Positions 27,259 to 36,379 of a DNA stretch of 64,000 bases are shown here, in pieces. Source of the stretch: Candidatus Saccharicenans sp. (GTDB lineage: Bacteria; Acidobacteriota; Aminicenantia; Aminicenantales; Saccharicenantaceae). The notes beneath the pieces were generated by a model. That model was not told the DNA's origin and ran no database searches. It saw only the letters and a list, made by a program, of their open reading frames with translations. Location of the stretch: NCBI GenBank assembly GCA_026414545.1, contig JAOAIU010000058.1, positions 41,682 to 105,681 of the forward strand. Reading direction: 5' to 3'. The position numbers and the translations under genes are program-made. The stretch's first letter is position 1. Every line of letters begins with the position of its first letter.

Positions 27259-28374
27259 ATGAACTACTGTTTATTTACGCCGGTCGCCATTGGACAGGTT
27301 ATAGTCCCCAACCGTCTGGTGCGCTCGGCTACCCACGATTACCTGGCCGATGACCGCACTGGAACCATTACCCCGGCCCAGCTCGAGCTTTATCGCAGGC
27401 TGGCTGAAGGCCAGGTAGGGTTGATCATTACCGGACATGCCTACATTCACCTTTCCGGCAAGGCCAGTCCCCGCCAGATTGCGGTTGACGATGATTCCAG
27501 GATACCCGGGTTGAGCCAGCTCACCAGGGTTGTCCATCAGACCGGCAGTGGCTCGCTGATTTTTCTTCAGATTTCCCATGCCGGTCGGCAGACCAGACCC
27601 GGCCTCTGCGGCCAGCAGCCGGTGGCCCCCTCCTCAGTCTATGACCCCGTTTCCAAGATTCGGCCACGGGAATTATCGTCGGAAGAGATAATCAAGGTTA
27701 TCGACTGGTTCGTACGGGCCGCGGCCAGGGCCCGGCAGGCTGGATTTGACGGGGTTCAGCTCCATGCCGGTCATGGATACCTTCTCAGCAGTTTTATATC
27801 TCCTCATACCAACCGTCGGAGCGATGACTGGGGAGGCAACTGGGAAAAACGCTCCAGAATCATCAGGGAAATAATATCCGGTATCCGCTCCACCTGCGGC
27901 CCAGACTTCCCGGTAATCATAAAGATGAACGCCACCGACCATCTGCCCGGTGGATTAACTCTGGAAGAGGCCAGAGACATTGCCGTTTCACTGGAAAAAG
28001 CCGGCCTGGCAGCCATAGAAATAAGCGGCGGGATGAATGAAGCCAGCCTGGGATCGGTTTGGCCTGGACTGCGAAAGGAAGAGGAAGAGGGTTATTTTGT
28101 GCCGCTAGCCGCCCAGATAAAAAAAGCTGTCTGTATTCCGGTCATCGGGCTGGGAGGCATCCGGACTCTTCGGGTAGCAGAAAGCCTGGTGGCCAGCGGC
28201 CAGGTGGACCTGGTTTCCATGAGCCGACCATTCATCAACAATCCTGGTTTGGTCAGGGAATTTAGGTCCGGGCGCCTGGACAAATCGCCCTGCCTGTCCT
28301 GCAATAAATGTTTTAATCCCCGGGGCATCCGCTGTGTTCATGGACAAACTGCCGGGTCAGCCAGCCAGGACTGA
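27259..28374 (+). CDS. NADH:flavin oxidoreductase, Old Yellow Enzyme family
   Basis: N-terminus LFTPVAIGQVIVPNRLVRSA. Motifs HAGRQ, FDGVQLHAGHGYLLSSFISP.TN.R.D.WGG and GGIR. I prefer the ATG at 27259 over the TTG at 27247. Confidence 0.8.
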   Translation: MNYCLFTPVAIGQVIVPNRLVRSATHDYLADDRTGTITPAQLELYRRLAEGQVGLIITGHAYIHLSGKASPRQIAVDDDSRIPGLSQLTRVVHQTGSGSLIFLQISHAGRQTRPGLCGQQPVAPSSVYDPVSKIRPRELSSEEIIKVIDWFVRAAARARQAGFDGVQLHAGHGYLLSSFISPHTNRRSDDWGGNWEKRSRIIREIISGIRSTCGPDFPVIIKMNATDHLPGGLTLEEARDIAVSLEKAGLAAIEISGGMNEASLGSVWPGLRKEEEEGYFVPLAAQIKKAVCIPVIGLGGIRTLRVAESLVASGQVDLVSMSRPFINNPGLVREFRSGRLDKSPCLSCNKCFNPRGIRCVHGQTAGSASQD

Positions 28375-28503
28375 AATGAGTCGTCTATCCATCTTCTGAG
28401 ACAAATATCCTCCAACGGCTGGACTCCGCCGCCCAAATAAAATTTTTGTGATTCTGTTTGAAATTTTCCTGAAAATTTTATAAATATATGGCTTAATAAA
28501 CCC

Positions 28504-29778
28504 ATGCCCGAGCCTGACATTATTTTTAGCTTATTCCCGAAATTGAGGCGTCGTTTTCCGGGTTTTTACGCCGATTCCAGGGGAGAAAAACGCCTTTACC
28601 TTAATAGCGGAGCCGGGAGCTTGATGGTCGATAGCTGTCTGGGCGTCATAAATTCGGAAGGGGCCGGACTGAACCCCATGCCCGGGCAGATTACCCAGCC
28701 CGAAAATCAGACCCGGGAGTTCCAGCAGCAGGTCAGGCAACTGGTGGCTGATTTCCTGGGAGCCGGCCGTCCCGAAGAAATTTCTTTTCATTTTTCCACC
28801 ACTGCAGCCCTTTTCAACCTGGCCTTTGCCCTCCGTTCTCTTTTCAAACCCGGCAAGAATTTGTTGGTGACCAACCTGGACCATTTTGCCAACATCTCGC
28901 CCTGGGAAACGATAGGTGCCTGGCAGGGAGTTGAGATAAGGAGAGTCCGCCTGACCAGGGATCTGTTGCTGGATAGTTCTGACCTGCTCAGCCAGCTGGA
29001 CCATGATACCGTGCTGGTGGCCATAACTGGCGCCTCCAATGTTCTGGGTACGATTGTTCCGCTGACCGACCTGGTTTCAGAAATCAAGCAGAGATCGCCG
29101 GCCCTGGTGGTGGTCGATGCCGTTCACCTGGCTCCCCATGCCCCGATTGACGTCAGGGAAATCGGCTGCGATTTCCTGGCCTTTTCTGGCTACAAGATAT
29201 TTGGCCCGATGGTCGGCCTTCTCTACAGCCGCCCGGGAATTAATGAGGGAATTGTTCCCTACCGGGTTGAAACCAACAGAGTGGAGCCTCCCTATTGCTG
29301 GGAACAGGGCATGCTGCCCAACCTGCAGCTGGCCGGCTTAAAAGGAGCCCTGGAATATCTGCTGGAATTGGGCCGGGCGGTCAGCTCCGGGGATTCTCTG
29401 GCTCCGGCTCGTAAGATCTTCAGGCGAGCGATGGAAGCCATAAGACATTATGAACAGGACCTGAGCCTGTACTTTCTGGAGAGGTTCAAGAAAATCGCCT
29501 CTCCCCGGCTGAAATTGTACGGCATCGATAGCCCGGGTCGAATAACCTCCAGGACCCCGACTTTTGCTCTGGAAATAGCCGGACTGGCTCCCTCCGACCT
29601 GAAAAGAATGTTCTGGGAAAAGGGACGCATAATAATCGCTGACGGAAATCATTATTCGGCGGTGGTGGTCAGACAGATGCAAAAAACCGCACTCAACCGT
29701 GTCAGCCTGGCTCACTACGACGGGCCGGATTCTCTGGATCAGTTTTTCGATTGCCTGGAACATATTATCAAACATTAA
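28504..29778 (+). CDS. Class V PLP-dependent aminotransferase / cysteine desulfurase-like enzyme (resembles the VC1184/TIGR01976 subgroup)
   Basis: The LRRRFPGF......LYLNSGAGS start resembles that subgroup. PLP-lysine context FSGYKIFGP (canonical SGHK). Confidence 0.65.
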   Translation: MPEPDIIFSLFPKLRRRFPGFYADSRGEKRLYLNSGAGSLMVDSCLGVINSEGAGLNPMPGQITQPENQTREFQQQVRQLVADFLGAGRPEEISFHFSTTAALFNLAFALRSLFKPGKNLLVTNLDHFANISPWETIGAWQGVEIRRVRLTRDLLLDSSDLLSQLDHDTVLVAITGASNVLGTIVPLTDLVSEIKQRSPALVVVDAVHLAPHAPIDVREIGCDFLAFSGYKIFGPMVGLLYSRPGINEGIVPYRVETNRVEPPYCWEQGMLPNLQLAGLKGALEYLLELGRAVSSGDSLAPARKIFRRAMEAIRHYEQDLSLYFLERFKKIASPRLKLYGIDSPGRITSRTPTFALEIAGLAPSDLKRMFWEKGRIIIADGNHYSAVVVRQMQKTALNRVSLAHYDGPDSLDQFFDCLEHIIKH

Positions 29779-29804
29779 AATAACGCCATCATAAGGAGTT
29801 AAAA

Positions 29805-30896
29805 ATGGCCAAGTTTGAAGGAGTCAAATGGGCTCCCGGACAGATGCGTTACTTTCTTTATGATAAGAGCTTTGAGATGTTCGAAGCTCAAGCCAAGACT
29901 TATGCCGCCACCCGCTCTGCCTATTATGCCAGTTTCCTGTGCTTTGAGGGTATCAGGTATTTCTGCCGAAAGAACGAACGGGGCAAACTGGAACTGGTTT
30001 TCGTCAACTGGGACCAGAACCTGGAGCGGTTCCGGCGAAGCATGGCCTTCAATTTGAGTCGCGATCAGCAATCGATTCTGCCCACCAGGGAAGAGCTGGA
30101 AAACCTGTTCATCCGTAAGTTTTTCTCCCACCCGGCCCTCAGACCATATCTGGAAGAAATGGCCGAAAAGGGAGCGCAGGGATACCTGAGGCCGTTCACC
30201 CTGGACGAAGAACATTCCATGGGCGTGACCTTTCCCAATTTCCCGGCTATCAGGGCGGTCACCTGCATGTATGACCAGTATTTGGGCGAGCCCTTTGTCG
30301 GAGTGGTAATCCCCCACCTGGTCAGAGCCCTTGGGGTGAATGGTACAGGCTGTCTCAAGCTGGGAATCAATTACCTGATGAGCATCAAGGCCATAGACGA
30401 GGCCCGGGCTCTGGTCCCGGAAGCAGCTTCGGTACTCTTTCTCGACGATCGGCCCTATCTGCCGATTGAGCAGCGCGAGATCAGCGAATGGGATTCTTCC
30501 TGCTGTCTGTTTGCCCTGGCTGATGGCACGGTAGTCAAGATACCAGAAAGCAACCTTATTCTTCCTTCCATCACCATAAAGGGCATGGTAATTATCTTAA
30601 GAGAAATGGGCCTCAAGGTTGAAGAAAGGCCTTTTACCTATGGTGAGCTACTGGAACACGTCAGGAAGAACGAACTGGTGTCAGTGGCCAGTATCGGTAC
30701 GGCCGGAATCCTCAACCGCTGTGAAAAACTGGTCCTGGTCGATGCCGGGCTGAAAATAATCGGACAGCACCAGCCGCTAAAGGCCCATCCCCTCTACCAG
30801 AAGCTCAAGGAAGTACGCGAGTTTTACTGGAACGTCTACCGGGGAAAGGCTCCAGTCCTTCCCGGGTTGAAGGTTTTCAGGTACGAAATTGATTGA
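29805..30896 (+). CDS. Fold-type IV (branched-chain/D-amino-acid aminotransferase-like) PLP enzyme, divergent
   Basis: It aligns by eye to E. coli IlvE. SAYYASFLCFEGIRYF matches HALHYGTSVFEGIRCY. LKLGINYLMSIKAIDEAR matches AKAGGNYLSSLLVGSEAR, conserving the catalytic Lys. ILPSITIKGMVI..REMGLKVEERPFTYGEL matches ALPGITRDAII..KELGIEVREQVLSRESL. RBS AAGGAG is present. Confidence 0.6.
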   Translation: MAKFEGVKWAPGQMRYFLYDKSFEMFEAQAKTYAATRSAYYASFLCFEGIRYFCRKNERGKLELVFVNWDQNLERFRRSMAFNLSRDQQSILPTREELENLFIRKFFSHPALRPYLEEMAEKGAQGYLRPFTLDEEHSMGVTFPNFPAIRAVTCMYDQYLGEPFVGVVIPHLVRALGVNGTGCLKLGINYLMSIKAIDEARALVPEAASVLFLDDRPYLPIEQREISEWDSSCCLFALADGTVVKIPESNLILPSITIKGMVIILREMGLKVEERPFTYGELLEHVRKNELVSVASIGTAGILNRCEKLVLVDAGLKIIGQHQPLKAHPLYQKLKEVREFYWNVYRGKAPVLPGLKVFRYEID

Positions 30897-31043
30897 TGAG
30901 CAGGCAGAACCTACCGGTTAAGACCAGCCCGGCCATGATGGAGTATGGGCCAGAACCGGTCCGGTATAGATGGCAGCTGACCCGGATATATTTTGTCCGG
31001 TAAAACATATTATTAATTATTAAAAGCAGAGTAAGGTGAATTT

Positions 31044-32345
31044 ATGCTCAAGAAACATCCCCGGGCTTTGAGTTACATCTTCTTCACCGAAATGTGGGAA
31101 CGAATCGGTTTTTACACGCTGATGGCCATCCTTGTTCTCTACATGGACCGCGTCCTGGGCTGGTCTGATGCCCGCAAGGGCGACTGGTATGGCCTTTTCC
31201 TGGCCCTGTGTTATTTCTTTCCGCTGGTGGGGGGCTGGCTGGGCGACCGGCTGTTTGGCCGCCTGAAGACGGTCAGGGCCGGAGCGGTGCTGATGGCCCT
31301 GGGCTATGTCGGCTTGGCCTTGTCCTCCCCTTCCCAGACGATCACCTTCAAGCTCGGGCTGCTGCTTATTGCCGTGGGCACTGGAATTTTTAAGGTCAAC
31401 ATGTCGATGCTGGTCGGGAATATTTATCAGGACCGTCCCCAGCTCAAAGACGCCGGCTTCAATATCTATTATATGGGAGTGAACCTGGGGGCCATGGTTG
31501 CTCCACTCATTGCCACGGTCAACAACGCTGTGTTCCACAGCTACCACCTGTCTTTCTGGATTTCGGCTATTGGTCTCGTCCTGGCCCTGGTTATTTTCCA
31601 GGCTGGCCGGACTCACCTGATGGCCGCCGACGACCTGAGCGCCAGGAGAAAAGAACATCAGGAATCCTCTCTCAGTCCGGGAAGCGGAAAGTCCGAGGCT
31701 GTTGACCCCGACCCTGAGTTTTCCGGCCGGATCCTGGCCCTGGTCATTCTCTTTGCCATAGTCATTCTCTTCTGGGTTGCCTTCTATCAAAACGGTTTTG
31801 CCCTGACCCTGTTCGCCGCTCGTTCCACGGTGCTGAAAAGCTGGCTGCGACCAGAAACCTATCAATTCTTTGAACCATTTTTCATCCTGGCTCTGACCCC
31901 GGTTCTGCTGCTGCTTTTTGACCGCCTGCGCCAGCAAGCCAAAGAACCATCCACCCCACGAAAGATTTTTCTGGGAATGCTATTCATGACCGCAGCCATG
32001 TTCATCATGGTTCTGGCCTGTCTGCGAGGTGGCAACCAGGACCTTAACCTCATGTCGCCCGGGTGGCTCATAGCCACCTACTTTGTGGTCACCATAGCTG
32101 AGATACTGATTTCACCCATGGGCCTGTCCTACGTTTCCAAGGTAGCCCCGGCCAGGATCGGCGGTTTGATGATGGGTGGCTGGTACCTGGCCATTGCCTT
32201 TGGCAGCTATGGCAGCGGGCTCTTAGGCAAATTCTACAGCCGTCTTCCCCACCATCAATATTTCCTGGTGCTGGCCGGGCTGCTGGCCCTGGCCGCCGTT
32301 CTGGTAGGCCTGTCCATAAAACGGCTGGAGAGATATTCCGGCTGA
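31044..32345 (+). CDS. POT/PTR2 family proton-dependent di/tripeptide transporter
   Basis: ExxERFxYYG-type signature FFTEMWERIGFYTLMAILVLYM, followed by the PTR2 motif GGWLGDRLFG. 433 aa and polytopic. Confidence 0.85.
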   Translation: MLKKHPRALSYIFFTEMWERIGFYTLMAILVLYMDRVLGWSDARKGDWYGLFLALCYFFPLVGGWLGDRLFGRLKTVRAGAVLMALGYVGLALSSPSQTITFKLGLLLIAVGTGIFKVNMSMLVGNIYQDRPQLKDAGFNIYYMGVNLGAMVAPLIATVNNAVFHSYHLSFWISAIGLVLALVIFQAGRTHLMAADDLSARRKEHQESSLSPGSGKSEAVDPDPEFSGRILALVILFAIVILFWVAFYQNGFALTLFAARSTVLKSWLRPETYQFFEPFFILALTPVLLLLFDRLRQQAKEPSTPRKIFLGMLFMTAAMFIMVLACLRGGNQDLNLMSPGWLIATYFVVTIAEILISPMGLSYVSKVAPARIGGLMMGGWYLAIAFGSYGSGLLGKFYSRLPHHQYFLVLAGLLALAAVLVGLSIKRLERYSG

Positions 32346-32380
32346 AGTTGATTTTTAACAATATATGAAGGAGTATTCAT

Positions 32381-33577
32381 ATGTCAATGAGCCAAACCCT
32401 GATCAGGGAAAAAACCAGCCAGGCTGTCAAGATACTCCAGGAAATAGGCCTGGATTGCTGGATAACCTTCACCAGGGAAAGCGAAATCTGCGGAGACCCC
32501 AGCCTGGTTTTCCTGGCCCCGGGCCATGTCACCTGGCACTCAGCCTTCGTCATCAGCGCCGGCGGGAAGAAACGGGCCATTGTCGGCCTGTACGATAAGA
32601 AAGCTATCGAAGATACCGGAGCCTACGATGCGGTCGATGGCTACATCACCGGGATAAAGGAACCATTACAGAAGCTTTTGCAAGAGCTTAATCCCCGAAC
32701 CATTGGAATCAACTTTTCCAAAACCAGTGAAATTGGCGATGGCCTTACCCACGGCATGTATCTGACCCTCCACGAAATCCTGCAAGAAATCGGGATGGAA
32801 GGAAGGCTGGTTCCGGCTGAACGCCTCGTTTCTGCCCTGAGGGAAAGGAAATCCCCGGTAGAAATTGAGGCTATCAGGAAAGCCATAGCCGTCACCGAAG
32901 AAATCTTTGAACAGGTCCGGAAATACATCGCCCCGGGGCGCAGCGAAAAGGAGATTGCCCGGTTCATGCTGGACGAGTTGAAAAGAAGGAACCTGAGCCC
33001 GGCCTGGGGACAGAGTACCTGCCCGGCGGTTTTCACCGGACCGGACACGGCCCAGGCCCATTACTCCCCGACCGACCGTCAGGCCGAACCCGGCCATATC
33101 CTTAACATGGATTTCGGGGTCAGGGTGGATGGCTACTGTTCGGATATGCAACGCACTTTCTACCTGTTGCAGCCTGGCGAAAATCAGCCTCCTGCGGAGG
33201 TCAGAAAGGGGTTCGAGACCATAGTTCTGGCCATCGAGAAAGCGCGCCAAGCTATGAGGCCCGGAGTCCAGGGGGTTCAAATTGATAGGGTTGCCCGCGA
33301 AATTATCATCGGGGCCGGTTACGATGAATTTCCCCATGCTCTCGGACATCAGGTTGGACGGTTTGCCCATGACGGGACAGCCCTGCTAGGTCCGGCCTGG
33401 GAAAAGTATGGCGAGAAACCTTTTCGTCTGCTGGAACCAGGCATGGTCTTCACACTGGAACCGCGCCTGACCGTTCCCGGGCGGGGCGTGGTGACCATTG
33501 AGGAAATGGTAGTGGTGACCGAGGCGGGAGCTGAATTCTTAAGCCATCCCCAGAAAGAACTATGGTTAATCGGCTAA
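32381..33577 (+). CDS. M24 family metallopeptidase (Xaa-Pro aminopeptidase/dipeptidase-like), cytoplasmic
   Basis: Pita-bread metal-ligand pattern: NMDFGVRVDGYCSDMQRT, HALGHQVG, FTLEP and IEEMVVVT. RBS AAGGAG lies 7 nt upstream. Confidence 0.8.
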   Translation: MSMSQTLIREKTSQAVKILQEIGLDCWITFTRESEICGDPSLVFLAPGHVTWHSAFVISAGGKKRAIVGLYDKKAIEDTGAYDAVDGYITGIKEPLQKLLQELNPRTIGINFSKTSEIGDGLTHGMYLTLHEILQEIGMEGRLVPAERLVSALRERKSPVEIEAIRKAIAVTEEIFEQVRKYIAPGRSEKEIARFMLDELKRRNLSPAWGQSTCPAVFTGPDTAQAHYSPTDRQAEPGHILNMDFGVRVDGYCSDMQRTFYLLQPGENQPPAEVRKGFETIVLAIEKARQAMRPGVQGVQIDRVAREIIIGAGYDEFPHALGHQVGRFAHDGTALLGPAWEKYGEKPFRLLEPGMVFTLEPRLTVPGRGVVTIEEMVVVTEAGAEFLSHPQKELWLIG

Positions 33578-33749
33578 TTTTCCTGGCAAACGCTGGCCAG
33601 CCGAGTCCAGCTGACAGGATGTTAACACGGTTAATTCTTAACCGGTATGATTTTTAAACGCTTGGCAATATCTTGGTATATATAATGGCAAAGGTCGGAA
33701 TTATAATTCGCTGCCTTCGAACAATAATGACTTAAAAACCTGCCCTGAA

Positions 33750-35018
33750 TCAATCCGCCGCAAAAGGCTCGTCCAGGGAAACCGCTTCCAGCCCACCCAG
33801 GATCCTGGCTCCTTCCTCTGTAACCACCAGGCAATCCTCAATCCTGATTCCGAATTCACCCGGAAGGTAGATCCCGGGCTCATTGGAAAAAGTCATGCCA
33901 GGCTGGATCCTCAGTTTATTGCCCTGGACCAGGTAGGGATATTCGTGGCCTTCCAGGCCAATTCCATGACCCAGCCGGTGGCTGAAATAGCGGTAACCCG
34001 GGCCAAACCCGGCTTCCTCTACTACCTTCCTGGCTGCCCGGTCCACCTCCTCGCATAAAGCTCCAGGACGGCAGGCTCTGAGAGCAGCCAGCTGGGCCCG
34101 CCTGAGTGTTTCCCAGATTTTTTTCTGCAAATCCGAAGCTCGGCCAAAGACCAGGGTCCTGGTGACGTCTGAACTGTAACCTTCAACCCGACAGCCGCCA
34201 TCAACTAGGATAACATCTCCTTTTTCCAGGTTCTTTCTTTTTCTCGAACCATGAGGAAAAGATGAAGCCGGGCCAAAGGAGGGGCCGCCAGAACCAGCCA
34301 ACCCGTATCTGGCATGAGCTTCTCTTATCAGGCCGCCCAGCTCATCCTGGGTCATTCCTTCCTTCAGCTTTCCAAACGCTTCTCGATAGGCCAGCTTGGT
34401 TATCCGGTTGGCCACCTCCAGGCACTTGATTTCCTTCTCGGACTTAATCCCCCGACAGCCCTCAGAAACGGGGCTACCGTCAAGCAGCTCCAGGGTCGGG
34501 TCTTCCCTTTTCAGCCCATGGACTATAAAGGCTCTGGTGGAAGGTTCTATTCCTATTTTCTTCTGCCCAGAATACTCGCGAACTGTTTTGCTTATTAGCA
34601 AAAAAGGGCTTTCATTTTCCTCCCAGGTCCTGACTTCCTGGTCGGTTGGTATCATCTCCCGGGCCCGGTCCAGCTCGAAAGCGGAACAGACCCAGACCGG
34701 TTTTCTGCCCGGAAACAGAATAAAGCCAAAAGTCCGTTCGCTACGCCACCAGTTGACCCCGGTAAAGTACTGCATGGTCGGGCCAGGTTCCACCAGCAGT
34801 CCGCCCAGCTTATGGTCGGTAATCAGCCGATATGCTTTCTGCCAGCGAAGCTCGAAGTCTTCCGGTCCAAAGGGCTGGATGGACTCCAGCATCTTCTTTA
34901 CCCGGACGTCTTCAACCTGCTGCTCTGACCCCCGGATTCCGACCTGAGCCAAACCCCTGGACCAGGCGGCCAGCAGGGCCAGACTGCCAACTTTTATGAA
35001 ATCTCTTCTTCCGGGCAT
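33750..35018 (-). CDS. M24 family Xaa-Pro dipeptidase-like metallopeptidase with a twin-arginine (Tat) export signal
   Basis: N-terminus MPGRRDFIKVGSLALLAAWSRGLA, a consensus RRxFxK. M24 ligand pattern: LVDGGCRVEGYSSDVTRT, HRLGHGIG, FSNEPG and IRIEDCLVVT. RBS GGAGGTG. Confidence 0.8.
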   Translation of the reverse strand: MPGRRDFIKVGSLALLAAWSRGLAQVGIRGSEQQVEDVRVKKMLESIQPFGPEDFELRWQKAYRLITDHKLGGLLVEPGPTMQYFTGVNWWRSERTFGFILFPGRKPVWVCSAFELDRAREMIPTDQEVRTWEENESPFLLISKTVREYSGQKKIGIEPSTRAFIVHGLKREDPTLELLDGSPVSEGCRGIKSEKEIKCLEVANRITKLAYREAFGKLKEGMTQDELGGLIREAHARYGLAGSGGPSFGPASSFPHGSRKRKNLEKGDVILVDGGCRVEGYSSDVTRTLVFGRASDLQKKIWETLRRAQLAALRACRPGALCEEVDRAARKVVEEAGFGPGYRYFSHRLGHGIGLEGHEYPYLVQGNKLRIQPGMTFSNEPGIYLPGEFGIRIEDCLVVTEEGARILGGLEAVSLDEPFAAD

Positions 35019-35085
35019 GGCGGCACCTCCAAAAAATAATTAAAGGATTAAATATCCTAAAGTCACTTGCCCGGTCAAGAAGATT

Positions 35086-35114
35086 TTGTCAGCAGAAAAA
35101 ATTTATTCTATAAT
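35086..35114 (+). promoter_or_regulatory. Putative sigma70-type promoter TTGTCA-N17-TATAAT for the MFS gene at 35146
   Basis: Read directly. The -35 box is at 35086-35091, the spacer is 17 nt, and a perfect -10 box is at 35109-35114. An AGGAGG RBS follows. Confidence 0.45.
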
Positions 35115-35145
35115 CGAGTTCACCTGCTAGGAGGAGCTTGGGCCG

Positions 35146-36366
35146 ATGCAGACTTCAGAGACAGACCTGAGACTTAAAAAACAGGCCTTGAGTTTTATCA
35201 TTCTCATGGGGCTGGTCAGCTTGTTCAGCGATATGACCTACGAAGGAGCCAGAAGTCTGACCGGTCCTTATCTTGGTCTGCTGGGAGCCTCAGCCTTTGC
35301 CGTTGGCCTGGTGGCCGGGCTGGGCGAATTCATCGGTTATGGCCTGCGTCTGGCCACCGGCTTGCTGGCCGACCGTACCAGGAATTACTGGCTGTTGACC
35401 TTCATAGGCTACGGTCTTAATCTTCTGGCTGTTCCGCTGCTGGCCCTGACCGGGCGCTGGGAGCTGGCCGCCATGTTGATTGTGGCCGAGAGAATGGGCA
35501 AGGCCATCCGCAAGCCGGCCCGCGATGCCATGATGTCCTACGCGGCCAGGCAGGTTGGCACCGGTTACGGTTTTGCCCTGGAAGAATTCCTGGACCAGAT
35601 AGGGGCCATGTTCGGCCCGCTATTTCTGGCCCTCATCGTTTTTCTGAACCGGGGACTGGGAACAGTGAGCAGCTACCGCCGTGGCTTCGCTTTTCTTCTT
35701 CTGCCGGCCCTGCTGGCCATGCTGGTCTTAACCATCGGCCGGATTCGTTATCCCGAACCCAGCCATTTTGAAAGCAAAGAAGAAAAGGTCAAGGAAAAGA
35801 GGTTTGGCCGCCGTTTCTGGCTCTACCTACTTGGAACCTCTTTGCTGGCCGCCGGTTTTGCCGACTTCCCCTTGCTCGGTTTTCATTTCCAGAAAGCAGC
35901 CATTTTTAGCGGCGCCACCATCCCCCTGCTTTACACTCTGGCCATGGGAACCGATGCCGTAGCTGCCCTTATTTTTGGCCGTCTGTTTGACCGCATAGGC
36001 CTGGGAGCCCTGATGATTTCCACCTTGCTTTCTTCACTCTTCGCACCGCTGGTTTTTATGTCGGGCCGGAAGCCGCTGATAATTGCCGGAATAATTCTCT
36101 GGGGGATTGGTATGGGCGCTCTGGAATCGATCCTGAAAGCGGTGGTGGCCAACATGATTTCACCCGAAAAGAGGGCTACGGCCTACGGAATTTTCAATGC
36201 CATTTTTGGAGCGGCCTGGTTCGCCGGCAGCGCCCTGATGGGTTTTCTCTACAGCCGGCAGCTGGGAGCCATGGTTTTGTTCTCGGTGCTGGCTCAGGCG
36301 GCAGCTGCCTTCTTATTCTTCCGGGTCTCCAGAATGTCAACCAAACCCGCAGCCGGTTTAGCCTGA
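35146..36366 (+). CDS. MFS transporter (substrate unknown)
   Basis: 406 aa with about 12 TM helices and an MFS-like loop motif (LADRTRN). I recognise no finer family. Confidence 0.7.
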   Translation: MQTSETDLRLKKQALSFIILMGLVSLFSDMTYEGARSLTGPYLGLLGASAFAVGLVAGLGEFIGYGLRLATGLLADRTRNYWLLTFIGYGLNLLAVPLLALTGRWELAAMLIVAERMGKAIRKPARDAMMSYAARQVGTGYGFALEEFLDQIGAMFGPLFLALIVFLNRGLGTVSSYRRGFAFLLLPALLAMLVLTIGRIRYPEPSHFESKEEKVKEKRFGRRFWLYLLGTSLLAAGFADFPLLGFHFQKAAIFSGATIPLLYTLAMGTDAVAALIFGRLFDRIGLGALMISTLLSSLFAPLVFMSGRKPLIIAGIILWGIGMGALESILKAVVANMISPEKRATAYGIFNAIFGAAWFAGSALMGFLYSRQLGAMVLFSVLAQAAAAFLFFRVSRMSTKPAAGLA

Positions 36367-36379
36367 GAGAATCCAGTTC

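Noticed and set aside
30935-31003. 22-codon upstream ORF (MMEYGPEPVRYRWQLTRIYFVR) within a hairpin-rich spacer ahead of the POT transporter, considered as a possible leader peptide
   Set aside because: It has no Shine-Dalgarno sequence and no run of regulatory codons. The hairpins (ACCGGTT...AACCGGT and CCGGA...TCCGG) are short and imperfect. Evidence is insufficient.
31020-31937. 305-aa minus-strand ORF antisense to the POT transporter
   Set aside because: The plus-strand gene carries the PTR2 signature and a coherent TM topology. The antisense translation is rich in Gln, Gly and His and low in complexity.
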